Of a stretch of DNA of 64,000 nucleotides, positions 1 through 14,400 are shown piece after piece (the stretch's first letter is position 1; each line of letters starts with the position of its first letter). This DNA is from Microthyrium microscopicum (lineage: Eukaryota), in contig MU004230.1 of the NCBI GenBank assembly GCA_010405405.1, positions 2,142,627-2,206,626 on the forward strand. The letters run 5' to 3'. The translations under genes and the position numbers were made by a program. Under the pieces are notes generated by a model. The model was not told where the DNA came from. It worked only from the letters and a program-made list of their open reading frames with translations, and searched no databases.

Positions 1-1568
1 GTCACATCTACAGCTTGTGAGCAGTTGCATTTCATTTTGAGTATAGTTATTACCTGCGACAGATTCCAGGTCTTGGTCAGCTTCATAAACAGTCAATACC
101 AAGTGCTGAATGTTAACATCGCTCAGAGCTTCTGCTAGTTTCCTGAAGGTATCTGTAGAAGAGCGTTGATCGCTGATCTGACTGAAGATCAGTATCTTCT
201 CCGAAGAGACGCTAAAAATCTTAGTATGACTATCAGACTGTTGAATAAGACTATGACTTACCTTTCACGCTCAGTTTCTTCTTTGAACCATGCTGCAGCT
301 TCCACGACGCTCATTTCGTTATGAGCACCGTCCAGATACCATTGTGAAGTCCCTTCTGTGACCCTTTGAAATCTTCCGGGCCAGGAGAACTGTTTTACCC
401 CTTTGACAATATCATCCTTAACTAATGGCAATTTGTCAGGAGACTTTTCAAAGATGAATGCTCGAGCCACCGCCAGCGCAAGCGAGCAATTCAGTCGCTG
501 GACTTTTGGTGATAGACCAATTCCATCGAGAGATGGGTCGTAATCAACGAACTTCAGATCCGTTGCTCTTTCGATCGATCTCTTACGCAACACCTCCGCG
601 GCTTCTTCTGCCTGTGGAGCTGAGAAGGCCTTTGCTCCAGATTTCATGATACCTGCTTTATGCCATGCGATATTCTCGAGCTTCGGGCCAAGTTGTGCAA
701 CGTGATCCATACCTAGCGAAGCTATTGCAGTCACCACAGGCTGTTCCACGACATTTGTTGCATCGAATTCTCCTCCATGATGAGTTTCAATGACAGCAGC
801 ATCTACTCCTTCGCGGATAAAGGCATGCAAAGCTACAAGAAGGAACAGCTGAAGGTATCTTGGTCGTGCCAAAACTCCTACATCTTGTAGTGATAGCGCG
901 TCATATACTTCGAAAAAGTATTTTGCAAGGAGGTTTCGCTTGATCGGATCGGAATTTATCCTTATTCGCTCCTCGGGGAAGATCAAATGTGGTGAGCTGT
1001 ATAAGCCGACTTTCTTCGGAAAGCCTACTCGTTCTGAGTAGGACATGAGCAGGGAGCTGGTGAAAGCACAAGTGCTGCCTTTGCCTTTGGTGCCAGCTAC
1101 ATGTATCACATTTAGCTTATTGATATCGGAGAGCTGGAAGATGTTAGAATCTTTGGCACAAAATCACGGTGGTCTGATAACGAGGCAGAACAAGCAGTAA
1201 TACAACAGGTACAAACCATACAATTATACCTTGAACATTGGAACCATTAACATGACTTACTGAGTGACCAATTTTCTCCAACCAGCCTTTCATACCATCC
1301 AGACTGGAGACCCCTCGAAACCCAGCATTTTCATCGCCATTTGGACCACGCTGATGAGAAGAGTCCTTGACACGCGTGATCTCTGCACTCGGTCGTTGTG
1401 GGCGACGTCTTTGTTTTATAAGCCTAATAGCATTCTGCCGTTGTGTTAGCCCGGGTTCTACAAACTATCGAACAAGGCGCTATCAAGGCTATGGAAATGG
1501 GGTAAGGGGAAACAGTTTACCTTGTAGGATCGGTCGACAACCTTTTCATTGATACTGCGGAGAGACAT
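1..1568 (-). CDS. Folylpolyglutamate synthase / dihydrofolate synthase family protein (multi-exon, 3' end runs off the window)
   Basis: Motifs IHVAGTKGKGSTC, GLYSSPHL, ERIRIN, D-H...LG, WPGRFQ and YLDGAHN. Hand-spliced start ATG at 1568 (MSLRSINEKVVDRSYK|NAIRL), with GT-AG introns near 1520-1435, 1260-1134 and 261-212. Confidence 0.9.
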
Positions 1569-2155
1569 ACCAGTCAACGCAAAGAGGTAGATTGTTCTGA
1601 ATCCTAAGCTTTGACATTATTGATGTTGATATGCATCATCATTGATGAGGTTCAAACAATCGAAGGGATGGAGAACGAGTGTAGAAGAAGTGGAAGTTTG
1701 TCACACTTCCCCGAGGTCGCCACAAGCTCAAAGCTCTGGTATACAACAAAAACATAAATTGTTACTGATCCATTTTGATCCTAATGGTTTCAATCTTTGA
1801 CATTAATCTTGAAGAGCTTATGCTTTATCAGAACTGATCGTGTAGGGACAACCGTGCAATCAGTACTAAGCAGTATGCAATAAGCTTGCGAATTTCAAGG
1901 TTGAGTATGATGAGAGCCTGAGCGTCTCTCTTCACGTAAACCGTGAGTAAACGGTAATTATCACTAGAACATTCAGTTTCATGCCATTATGCTTGATCTT
2001 GTATTGACGACGTTATGCAAATCCAAGCACACCAGAAGCCTAAATCGTGGTATAACACTCATTGCCCGCCAAAACTCCTCCCAATGCGCCATCGCTGCCC
2101 AATGAACTCGCTTCAAAAATCCTAGAACTCCTGGGGATATCACATTGTTCCTCAG

Positions 2156-3141
2156 TCAGTCAAATACGTAGGCCAAAAATTCGTCCCGACTTATTATCCC
2201 ATCCCCGTCCATGTCGCAACTGTCCATCATGGCGTTTATCTCGGCCTCTTCTATAGTCGAGTCTGCTGTGGACACGCGCTCGGCTACTATGCGCAGATCA
2301 TCGTGGGTTATGAAGCCTTTGTCGTCGGCGTCTATATGTCCGAATGCGCGCACTGCTTCTTCGCCTGGATCTCGTGCTGCAATGTGCGGGCCGACCTAGG
2401 GATTCGTTAGTGCAAAGTAAGGCCATTGGCAGGTAGGAGACTTACGATGTTGAAGAAGACGTCTTCGTTGATGTAAAATCTGGGCGCGAGCTGGATTTTG
2501 GTGTTGGCGGGATTGGCTACCTCAATGCCATATTGTACGACTAGTTGGTGCGCTTCGGATTTAGGGTAGGTTATGTCGACTGATGCGCAGGCGAGGATAA
2601 ACTCTGACTGGTCAAGGAGACCGTTTTTATCGAGGTCGAATATACCAAACTACAAGTCCGCTGTTAGCGCTTCCATCCTCCATGTATTGTGAATGTCTCG
2701 TACCACTTTTGATATCTCCCGAAATTGTGTGTCCGAAAGACCGAGATCGTCGTCCCCATACTCAGGTTGCGGTTGTTGCTGCTGTTGCAGCGGCGGCCCC
2801 TGTTGTTGCGGCTGCTTCTCAAACCTCTGTCCATACTGCGCTCGAGGTTGCGGCGCAAAATTCTGCTGCTGTCGCGGTGCCTGAGGTCTCGCAAAAGCTC
2901 CGCCCCTTTGTTGCTGCGGAGGACTTTGATGCTGCTGTTGCTCGCCTTGAGGCGCTTGATATTGCGATTGTTGCTGCTGTGCGCCATATCCACCGCGCGA
3001 AGGACCAGCCGTCGCAAAACCAGTCGCGCCGCCGCGGCGCTGCGTAAACGTCGGCTGCTGAAGGCCGCCCCGCGAGGACATTTGCTGCTGTCGAATCGGG
3101 AGTGATTGCTGCTGGCCAGGAGGAGGACGAGTTGGGCGCAT
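2156..3141 (-). CDS. Centrin (Cdc31)-like EF-hand protein with Q/G/R-rich N-terminal extension
   Basis: Spliced product reads ...LSDTQFREISKV|FGIFDLDKNGLLDQSEF...|...RDPGEEAVRAFGHIDADDKGFITHDDLR...DMDGDGIISRDEF. Introns lie at about 2703-2651 and 2446-2396. The EF-hand loops and RDPxEE linker are typical of centrins. Confidence 0.75.
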
Positions 3142-3890
3142 TACAATTACTTGGAGTGGGAACTTTTGAGGTGGCAGGGAATTGGAGCGAGGATTGAGAC
3201 GCGCAGGGACGCGTTCAGAGGGCGCGTGTGTGGTTGGCTGGAGGAGCTGAGTTGCAGTTGTGCGACGACGATGGCTTTGAAGAGAAGAATCGGTGGTTCA
3301 TGGGATAATTTCACTGGAGAGAGTTCTGGAGGGCTATTAAGAGATGAAGTTCTTCAAAAGTGCTGTTACTGCTAGTAATTGAGGTGGTTGTTGGGGAGAG
3401 AAAAATCCGGGGAATGTTCAACTTCAATTGAGGTTGGCATTGTCCTCTGAGGTCGAATGCAGCCTCTTTTTTCTCGAGTTTGACAATACAAAGATGTACT
3501 CTAACAATTAAATAACGAGGATTCAGGTAATTGCTGGATTGGATGAAGTCCAAAATAATGGGTAATGGAGTTATGAAAGGGGTAAACTGAGTTGGTAGAT
3601 GGAGCCGTCTCTCACGTTCCTAGGAGAGTTGCGCTTCAGCTCTTAACTTTCTCAACATTCACTCCAAAGTCGCGAATTCTTACTCTTCTCATTGATAATA
3701 CTATTGACAGACTGGTCAATCGAAACGAAAGCATTTTAGGTCCTTTTCCCATTATCACTTCCTGTAGACCGCCTACGGTTCTGAAGTGAGGAGTCATCAT
3801 CATGCGATTGCGGAGGTCAACGCTATCCTAGAGTAATCAGTGCTCACAATCAATTCCTTCTGACTCTTAACATCGCTCAAGTATAAAGCA

Positions 3891-4409
3891 ATGGATTTTA
3901 CGGCTTTAATCCCGAAGGCTCTCAAAAGCAAGGCGGTCGTTGCTCCAGCCCGCTCAGCCCAAGATATCGCTGATATCAAAATCCTCTTTACAGCATACAC
4001 AGAATCACTTGGCATAGATTTAACCTACCAGAACTATTCCGCTGAACTTTCATCACTGCCTGGCAGATACGCACCTCCTACTGGAGAATTGTTACTCGCA
4101 AGAGATCAAGACGGCAAGGCAATTGGATGTGTTGCCGTACGACCTCTGCCACTCCCCCATATCGAGGACTGCTGTGAGATGAAGAGACTGTATGTCACCC
4201 CAGCCGGGCGAGGACTTGGACTAGGTACTTCTCTAATGAACGCCGTGATGGACGCCGCAAAGAGCTTGGGGTATAAGAATATGGTGCTGGACACACTCGA
4301 CACTATGGCAGGCGCTCAACGATTATACACCGGCGCCGGCTTTGAGTATATCGAAGCATACTACGAAACTCCCATCAAGAACACTGTTTTCATGCGTAAA
4401 ACCTTTTGA
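3891..4409 (+). CDS. GNAT family N-acetyltransferase (intronless)
   Basis: EMKRLYVTPAGRGLGLG acetyl-CoA binding motif A; LDT...AQRLY...GF C-terminal motif. Confidence 0.9.
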   Translation: MDFTALIPKALKSKAVVAPARSAQDIADIKILFTAYTESLGIDLTYQNYSAELSSLPGRYAPPTGELLLARDQDGKAIGCVAVRPLPLPHIEDCCEMKRLYVTPAGRGLGLGTSLMNAVMDAAKSLGYKNMVLDTLDTMAGAQRLYTGAGFEYIEAYYETPIKNTVFMRKTF

Positions 4410-4483
4410 TTATCTGCATCTATTCTCGAATCTACTCATAACGCTTTCTAAAGCCATTTTGCTCGTCCATTTCCTCAACCATC

Positions 4484-5697
4484 TCAATACCCGGTAATAG
4501 TCCTAGGCACATACGGTTCCTCCAAATACCTAATCTCCTCCTCCGTCAAACTGACCTGAATACTCTCACAAGCCTCATCAATGCGCTTCTTACTACTCAA
4601 CCCCACAATCGGATTCATCCCCTTGGCCAAACTCCACGCCGTCGCCACATTACTCATACTAACACCCTTCTTCCTCGCAATCTCATCCACTCGCCCCACA
4701 ATATCCCGATCACTCTGCGTCTCCCGACTTAAAATGATGTTCTTGAGAAACTGATCGCTCTGCTGCCTCTTGCTTCCCGCCCCATCACCCCAGGGCCTCG
4801 TCAACATGCCTCTCGCCAACGGACTCCATGGAATCAAGCCCACGCCAGAGTCCTGACAATACGGCACCATTTCCCGCTCCTCCTCGCGGTAGAGCAGATT
4901 ATGATAATTCTGCATACTCACAAACTGATGCCATCCCTTCTCTTTCGCGATGTTCTGCAGACTCTGGAACTCCCATGCCGCCATACTGCTTGCGCCAATA
5001 TACCGTACCATGCCCGCCTCAATAACATCATTTAGCGCTCTCATGATCTCCTCCCGTGGTGTACCCCGGTCTAGACGGTGTATTTGCAACACATCAATAT
5101 ACGTTCCCAGCCTCTTCACGCTCGCCTCCACAGCGTCAAAAATATGTTTGCGAGACAGCCCGACCCGGTTGACGAATGCGCCGTCGTTCGCGGAGACAGC
5201 AGCGATGGGCGGTTGCGCACCGGTTGTGTCGACGCCAAAGTAGCATTTGGAGAGGAGGACTATATTTGCGCGGGGGATGGCGAGGGTGCGGAGGGCTTTG
5301 GCGATTATTTCTTCAGAACGGCCGTTGGAGTAGACATCGGCCTGTATATAAAGTGTGTTAGTGGCTGTTCATGGCATAGGAATAGGGATGGGGGATATTG
5401 GGGTGGGCATACGGTATCCCAGGTGTTGATGCCGCGCTCGTAGGCGTGTTGAAGGAGTGGGAGGGCTTCGGCTTCGTCGAGAACCCATTCTTGCCATTTG
5501 GAGGAGCCGTAGCTGTGGTTGGTGTTAGTTGTTGATGTTGGTATGTGGGGATGGAGGTGGTTACCTCATGGCTCCGAGGATGACTTTGGAGATTTTCAGG
5601 CCGGATTTACCTAGACTGAATAGTTGTTAGAATGCGCTACTGAATTGTTGTTTGATTGATCTTACTTGACGTATTCCATCTTGCGACTGACTGCCAT
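4484..5697 (-). CDS. Aldo-keto reductase (aryl-alcohol dehydrogenase/YajO-like)
   Basis: Motifs LGKSGLKISKVILGAM, GINTWDTADVYSNG, SVKRLGTYIDVLQIHR, SMQNYHNLLYREEEREM and PWSPLARG. Several short introns in 5340-5665; ATG at 5697. Confidence 0.9.
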
Positions 5698-6720
5698 TGT
5701 GATAGATTGATCTGGAGACTGAGACTTGCTGCTTGGGTACTTGTCCGAATCTTGCAGAGCTCTCCAGACATACAGAGCTTGTAAAGGTACTATATATACA
5801 GTCTTCACTATACGGAAATAGTTCGTAAATACGTTTCGAAAAAAAGATTCTGCTACAACTGCCGGTGAGTCAAAGATGGATGAATACAACAGGTGGGGTA
5901 GATATGTAACCAGCTCAACTAGTGCTTCAAAGGAAGATCCACCATTCTTGTACATGCACAGTAGGATATCTCGTAATTACGATGGACGTTGAACATAGAT
6001 GCGAGGAATTGTGGAATTGTCGATCCGGACAAGGTACAATTACTCATGCGGGAATAGAGGGTAATGCTGTACCATGCCCGGGTATAAAATGCTATCGTTG
6101 GATACGATGGTGTTGATGAATGGAGACTCTACGATAACATGTCGTCCAACCGGTTGACAAAATCAATGGAGCGCTCCTATCATTTAACAACCCGCCTTTG
6201 AAGAGAATATGCTCTATTTGCCCTCGTAGTTGAGAATGACAAGCGTAGAGCAATCGCTGGAAGATGACATACTTGATATCATGCAATGTTTCCCGCAGAG
6301 TCTGAACGTGAATTCGGAAATTGTGGTGAAATGCTGTAGATTCCAGCGAGTACGATGGCCCTCATAACTTATGAACGTACAATTGATGCAGATCGGCACA
6401 ATCAGAGAGCAAGGTAAAACGCAAGAAACCCCACCTGAGCGTTGTTTCCCATAGAATGGCGATGATTCTAGAATGCGACGACTCTTACCGGAGTTGAAGG
6501 GAACTTGCAGTTTTCTTTGCCGCCTGGTGGACAGGCCCTGCGACGTAAAAATCACAGTGCAAACATGAAGATTTCACGATATCTTGAAGGAAAAGGTATG
6601 GTGTGGTGCCCAAAGGGCAAATGTTCATTGGTTGGTCACAACATCAGGATCTAAAGTCCCTTAACCATGCCCAACGCCAGTGTGTATGCTAACTAAATCA
6701 ATGGTATCTAATCCCACCGC

Positions 6721-7478
<758 letters not shown>

Positions 7479-8492
7479 GATGGATGGTCTTGTGTAGATT
7501 GTTGTGTGGTGTTGGTATGTGCGTGTGCTGTGGGAATTGGTTGGAGATAGTAAGTGGATGGTATTTCAGGATGAAGAAGAAGAAGAGGCAAAGTGGTTTG
7601 GAGGATGAAGGGCGAAGCTTAAGTAGTGGAGGGTTGGAGAGGGTCAGGCTGCTGCAAGTGACTGGGCAGGGATTTACTGGGGTGTAGGTTACTGGGGTTT
7701 TGAGCGGTGTTGCCTCTTCAATAATTGCTGTGAAGGCTGAGTAGGTAGTAGTGGAGAGAAGGAGCGCTGGGTGGCACTTGCCAGGGCTGGGCGTAAAGGG
7801 AACCAAGTGGGAAGGAACAAGTGAGGCCAGCCTCCACTTACCGCCTCAATTGGCAGGCGCTAGCGACCCATTGTGTTCTTTGATTGGCTATCGCGTCGGC
7901 ACATGACGTGTTGGTGGGCAAGCATAACATTACTAACTCTGTCTGGAAGGTTCGCTTGCTTTCTCCATCTCTTCAAGCCTTTGCTATCAATTCTGTAAGT
8001 CTCATGGCTCCTTCACCATCCAAAGGCAATATTACCTCAATGATTCACCATGTATATGAGCTCTGGTAATTACCTCAAGCCATCACTTATTCAATCAATG
8101 ATGAAAGTACCAAACAAAGAAACAAACTGCGCCACGCTTCTAGATGCTTCATGCGGTCACCCATATCCGATAGCGGCCATTCCGTTACAATCCGCCTTAT
8201 CGGTCGATATGAGACAACCTCATGTCTTCTCCGGTCACAAGCACATTTGTTATCAATTCCAGATAACCAAAATGAAAGAGTAATGCAGGACACTTGCGAT
8301 TAGTCAAGAGTCTACTATTCATCTACATCATCAAAAGAAATCAACGCTACCTCCAGACAGCATGCCATCAGGCTGAGCTGAGTATCATGCATTATTTCTG
8401 TCCTAGCAGACATTCCAGATGTATCCTCACACTTTATTTTTGGCCAATATACTGACTTATTTCCACCAACTGTGCTTCTTTTCCTAGTTGAA

Positions 8493-9610
8493 TTATTCAA
8501 AGAATCCAGCTGCGCTGCTTTGGCTGTCTCCCCGTGGCACCTGCTCACTCTTTGGCGATGAGTGATTACTGGGACTTAATGATCCAGACACCCGCTTGAT
8601 AGCTTCCATCGTCTTTTGAAAGTTGGACAAGGGCGGGTTCTCATCAATTGGTGTTATAGGCAGCCGATTCTTAGTCCCCAATGTCGTGCGCGATGTCAAT
8701 GGATCCGCAAAGTTCATATCAATCGAAGCGACACTAGCCTTGCGGTCCGCCCAACCATTTGACTGCATCAGGTTGCGCTGCTGCGGATTCAAACTTGACT
8801 GAAAACTGGAAAGATTATTCCAATTCGTCGCCGCACCAGCAGGCATTGAATGCCTTACACTGGACGGACTCGAATTATGACGCACATCCTCATCTTGAAT
8901 ATCCAGATTTCTAAATTCCTCAAATGGATTACTGTTGATGGGTGGATTATTGCGGTCCAAAGTCGCTTCGACTTCCCACTCTGGCCACTTTGGGATCCTC
9001 TTTCTTGCCGCCGCTTGAAATGCTTCCACTAAACGTAGCGTTTCCAGAACGGAACGGCCAACGACGATATTCTGTATCGCTTGGTATTGCACCGTGCCTT
9101 CAGCGTCAATGATATATGTTCCGCGGAGCGCGATGCCGGCTTTTTCAATGAGGACGCCGTAGTCTTTGGACATGTAGTGGTTTTGGTCACTGAGGAGGGC
9201 TATAGAAATGTCGCCAACTCCGCCGCGCTCTTTGGGAACTTGTTGCCATTGCCAAAGACTATGAACCGAGTCGGTGCTTATGACAAGTATTTCGCAGTTG
9301 CGTTCGGTGAATTCTTCAAGGGTTTTGTCGAATGCGCTGATCGCTGTGTTAGAATTGACTTGTCATACTGACAGGACACCACTTACATGACCTCTGTGGG
9401 ACAGATGCGGGAGAACGTTGCAGGTAGGAAGAGTAGCACTAGCCACTTTTTCTTATCGGTGTAGTATTTCAAGTTTCGTCCTGATTGCTGTCAGCTATTT
9501 TCAAAACCCCGCTGTGCGGTCAACGTACGTTCTGATACACCATTGATAAAGCCTTCCACGTTAAACTCTGGCGCTGGATGGCCGACCTTGGCGACGCCTT
9601 GAGCAGGCAT
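8493..9610 (-). CDS. Peroxiredoxin (AhpC/TSA, Prx1-like) with long C-terminal extension
   Basis: Spliced product has KVGHPAPEF, KWLVLLFLPATFSRICPTEVI, ISTDSVHSL, GGVG, LSDQNH, DYGVL, ALRGTYIID and GRSVLETLRLVEAFQ. Two introns, near 9529-9481 and 9386-9345. Confidence 0.85.
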
Positions 9611-11037
9611 ATTTCAACGTGATTTTAGCAGATTGCTTGGGAGGTCGCTGTCGTGATTTACGACTGTGATTTCGCTATGCGAGACATTGCAAAAGGTTGC
9701 AAAGAGTCCCAATGGACTGTATCCTTTATGAGACAGCAGTTGCTGAATTCAGTGACAAAGGGGACAGTGACATTCTTCTCTTAATGCGGGAAGATAATGG
9801 GTATGACATGGATTCTTTGGTATTTGCTGATATAGACCTGCTTGTAATGAACGAAAACATACATTGGCCTCGCCAAGTGGCCGATCTGAGACATTTGCAT
9901 TCTTGATATTTTGCTGGCTTTGTTGTATGAGGTTTTTCTTTGTGCTATAGTCTATTCAGTTTTTTGAGGCTTTTCGCCAATTTATGATCCTATCATAGAG
10001 CACAGTCTCAGTGCTACTATCATGGGTCTTTGACTTATGGTTTAGTGGATCGATCGAAGTTTAATTCCATCATGGAGCTTGATGTCATCTTTAGATCTTT
10101 ATTCTGATGTATACTGGCCTAGACCCTACTGGTCAGCATTATTATTTGGTCTTTGTCTCGATTTGTGGATCGGCCCAGGCCCTACCGTACTGGTGAACAT
10201 CTCATGTCCTTTGTTGCAACGGTCAAAATTCTACGTAATTCCTGTAATACAAAACAAACGCAGTCATGTTATTCATTGACTGGTCCTCATACTAGAGCAA
10301 CATGCTTGAGAGCTTGCCCGAAATCTGATCTCGATAACAGGCGATCTATTTATTTATGAGTGTCATATATGGTTCACCTGATGATGTTTGACCACATCTT
10401 GGGAATTGGCTCTTTCACGCCGTCTGTATCTCGAAGACCTCTGCCCCAACTTACAGGTTGATTAGTTTTAGCATCTTGCGGGACGAAATTGATTGTTCAA
10501 TATCGACGTGACTGCATTCTGAGCATTGCAGAATTCTAGTATTACAGCCCAGTCTTCAATCAAGAGGAGCACCATTTCCGCAGCAAAGCCAATAGGCTGG
10601 AAGTAAAAGGTCGTTCTCAGGCAGAACAGCAGTTTGAGACGAAGAGTCATCCATTGCTGGCAAAGACACAGCCGCTAACCCACTGCTGCCTACAGCAGCA
10701 AAGGTATAAAAGCAGGCAGATTGTCCCAGTCAGCTACCGAGACAGCAAACATTTCCCAACAACTTTCATAGTGAGGCAGAATAGAATACTTCCAGTGCAG
10801 ACGCCAGTGACAATATATCCGTCTTTGACTGACCTAACTCATGTCCTTGTGCTGTTGGTGACCAAGTGAGGTTAGAATTGACGTTCCTTCCACTTTTCGT
10901 TTCGCGTGCACGGCTCCCATTGCTTCTGCGCCCAATAGCGTTGCTTCATTTCCCATGAGCTAACCCTTGACCTAGCTTTTTCTGAGTGGTGACTTCCCCA
11001 TTTGGTGAGGAGACTTGTGCCTGCCAAATTCACTGTT

Positions 11038-11067
11038 GCCAGCCAAGCCAAGCCAAGCCCAGCCAGC
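11038..11067 (+). repeat. Short (AGCCA)n/(AGCC) microsatellite upstream of the Nup98-96 gene
   Basis: gccagccaagccaagccaagcccagccagc. Confidence 0.6.
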
Positions 11068-11400
11068 GCAGTCTCTCAGTCTCTCCTCTCTTGAGTCTCA
11101 CCTTACTCTGTTGCTACTTCGCTGCTCCTCCAAGCTTGCCTCTACCAGCACCCAATCCATCAACCACCCATTCTCCTCCCAAAAACGCGCTTTCCAACGC
11201 GTTACTTCATTTCCGCCTATTTCTTTTCTTTTCTCTTCTTCGTTTGCAAACATACTGCGCGTCTTCTCTTACTCACTTTGCGCCTCTGCGCTTCAGTTCT
11301 TGTCAATTGCGACTTGACCCAAATCTCTCCACATCCATCCCTGCATCTTGCATCCTAATCATATCCCAAGCTCTGCTGCCATCACCTCTTCATCGCGATC

Positions 11401-14400
11401 ATGTCTGGCTTTGGAGGCTTCGGTAGCAGTGGCTTCGGTGCCAACAACAATAATCAAACCTCCTCGGCCTTTGGTGGTTTTGGGCAGACCTCGACCTCGG
11501 GCTTTGGCGCAAACACTGGAGGCTTTGGTGGAGGAGCTACATCAGGAGGAGGAGGATTATTTGGTAACAATAATACCGGTGCAGCATCAACCGGCTTTGG
11601 AGGTGAGTTCTAACGCGTTCACAATAGCGCGAAAGGAGTTGAAAACCTGGTATATCAATTTACTAACTTGTTAGGTTCAGGCTTCGGAGCTACCAACAAT
11701 GCCAATGCTACACCCTTCGGTCAAAGCAAACCTGCCTTTGGCGCAACTACCTCAGCATCGAATTTATTCGGATCCGGCACAGCAACTGCTAATACCGGAT
11801 TTGGAGGAAGTACTGGTTTTGGGGCCTCTGGTAATAATGCATTTGGAGCTGGCAATGCTTCAGCTTTCGGAGCTGGCAACAAGCCAGCATTCGGAAGCAC
11901 TGGCGGTGGTATGTTTGGTGGTGGTGGGACTGCTGCGTCCTCTGGTGGTGGATTTGGGGCATCAACTACGACTGCGTTTGGAAATTCGTCTCCATTCTCC
12001 AACAATGTGCAAAACAACGGCACTGCCAACCCGCCATTCAACCCTCTATCCGAAAAGGAGACCAATACCTCCACTACCAACCAGTACTATACCATAGCCG
12101 CAATGCCCGCTTACAACAAATTCTCCACTGAAGAACTGCGATTGGTTGACTACCAACAAGGTCGCAAGTATGGAAATGGATCAGGACAAGCTGGCGCGTT
12201 TGGTGCCAATTCTTCTTTTGGAGGCTTCAACGCAAATGCCGCGCAGCCCGCCGCTGGTGGATTTGGATCGACAGCCAATGCAGCTCCAGCTGGTGGTCTC
12301 TTTGGGGCCACTCAAAATACATCCACAGGTTTTGGTCAGAACGCGGCATCGACTGGATTCGGCGCAGCTGCATCAAACACAGGAGGAGGTTTGTTCGGCG
12401 CAAAACCTGCAACAGGTGGTCTATTCGGTGCCACCACTTCTGCTGCTCCTGCTGCTGGAGGCCTTTTTGGGGCATCAACAGCAAACAATACAGGATTCGG
12501 CAATAACAACAACGCTGGAGGAGCATTTGGTGCCTCTACAGCTAATACAGGCTTCGGTCAATCACAAAACAAGCCTCTGTTTGGAGCCAGTGGTACAGGC
12601 AATGCAGCTGGCGGCGGTCTCTTTGGCAGTACCGCAAACAATGCTGGTGGTTTTGGCGCCAACACCCAACAGCAAAACGCCGGAACTGGTTTCTCTTTTG
12701 GTAACAACCAAGCCCAGCAGCAACAACAACAGCCTGCCGCTGGAGGAGGCTTGTTTGGTGGTGGAGCATTTGGAAACAACAATCAACAGAAACCCGCTGG
12801 CGGTCTCTTCGGAGGTGGAAACACCGCTGGTGGTGGATTGTTCGGTCAGCCAGCTCAGCAGCAACAACAGCCGCAGCAGAATGGCGGACTGTTCGGTTCT
12901 ACAAACAATCAGCAACAGGCCGGCGGTCTATTTGGACAAGCCAAACCTGCGGGCGGCAATTTGTTCGGCGGCAGTGCCAATGCCAATACTGGAGGCGGTC
13001 TCTTTGGCAACAATAATCAGCAACAACAAAACACTGGAGGTGGGCTATTTGGTGCGACTAACAACAATGCTGGAGGCGGATTATTTGGAGCATCCAAGCC
13101 TGCAAATGCAGCTCCTGGTCTCGGATCAAACCTCTTTGGTGGCAATAACAATCAGCAAGCCCAGAACAACACTGGCCTGTTTGGCAATTCTCAGCAGCAG
13201 CAACAAAATGGTCTCGGCGGCAGTTTGTTCAATTCGACTGCTCAACAACCAATGCAACAAAGCCAGCAAAATCATCTCACAACTTCCATAACAGACAATC
13301 CTTATGGCAACATCCACCTTTTCGCCAATCTAGCTACCCCAACACAGAGCCTAGGTCCGATTGCCACTCCTCTTTCCTCAAATCAAAAGACCAAGAAGCA
13401 AGCCATCATTCCACATTACCGTGTTGTTCCCAACGCTTCTTCGAGACTCATTACACCTCAGCGCCGCCCTCAAGGCTATGGATTCTCCTATTCAAACTAC
13501 AATAGTCCTATGAGTCCAGGTGGCAGTGCCAGCCCTCTTGGCAATAGCTTGCTTGGAGCATCCGGTCTTGGTCGTTCTCTTGGTAAGAGTTATTCTACTA
13601 GCAACCTCAGACACTCGTACAACGCTCAAGAAAGCATCCTATCCCCTGGAGCCTTTGCGACAGGACCATCGACTCGTAGCGGTCCAGGTAGCATGAAGCG
13701 ACTCAACATCAATCGCAACCTCAACCCAGCTCGCTCATTGTTTGACAATGGTCCTTCTGCTACCAATCTCACCAAACGCGTCAGCTTCGATACGTCACAA
13801 AATGGCGGGCCATCACAGAACGGTGGTCCATCCCCAACACCAAATGATAATAACGCTCTGGTTCCTATTGAGCGCGAAGAGACACCAGCAACTACTGTCG
13901 GTAGTCCGACACCACAGCCTAACGGAGCTTCATCGGACCTCGCCATCGTACCCGAGGATGCTACACCCGCTGAATCATCTGGCTTGCAGTCCGAGAACCG
14001 CAAAGCTAGACTTCTCAAGAAAGACCAGACCCTAGGAGAGTATGAGATGTCGCCAACTATTGATCAAATCATGAGCATGACTCGCGAACAGCGCTCTCAC
14101 ATCAAAGATTTCACTGTTCGTCGGGAGGGCGCTGGCCAGATTGTCTTTTCACAAGTTGATCTGAGCTCCGTTCCTCTGGAAGAAATCTGTGGCCAAATTG
14201 TTGAATTAGAGGTTCGTCGAGCCACAGTCTACGGCGATAAGAGTAAAGCTCGCACACCTCCCCCCGGCCAAGCACTCAATGTTCCGTCCACCATCACGTT
14301 GGACAACTCATGGCCTCGCATTAGAAATGGTCGTCTTGGTCGTCCTGAGCCCAAGAGTTTAGCAACTGAGAAGCACGTCAAAGTTCTGAGCAGAGCCAAG

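Noticed and set aside
3891..4409. Intronless GNAT (and amidohydrolase 57086-58741) as horizontal transfer candidates
   Set aside because: Both families are widespread in fungi and I see no compositional break; lack of introns alone is not evidence.
11699..13317. Many long alternative-frame and antisense ORFs over the FG-repeat region (e.g. 12146-13291, 381 aa)
   Set aside because: Shadow ORFs caused by low-complexity codon usage of the nucleoporin; no independent protein features.
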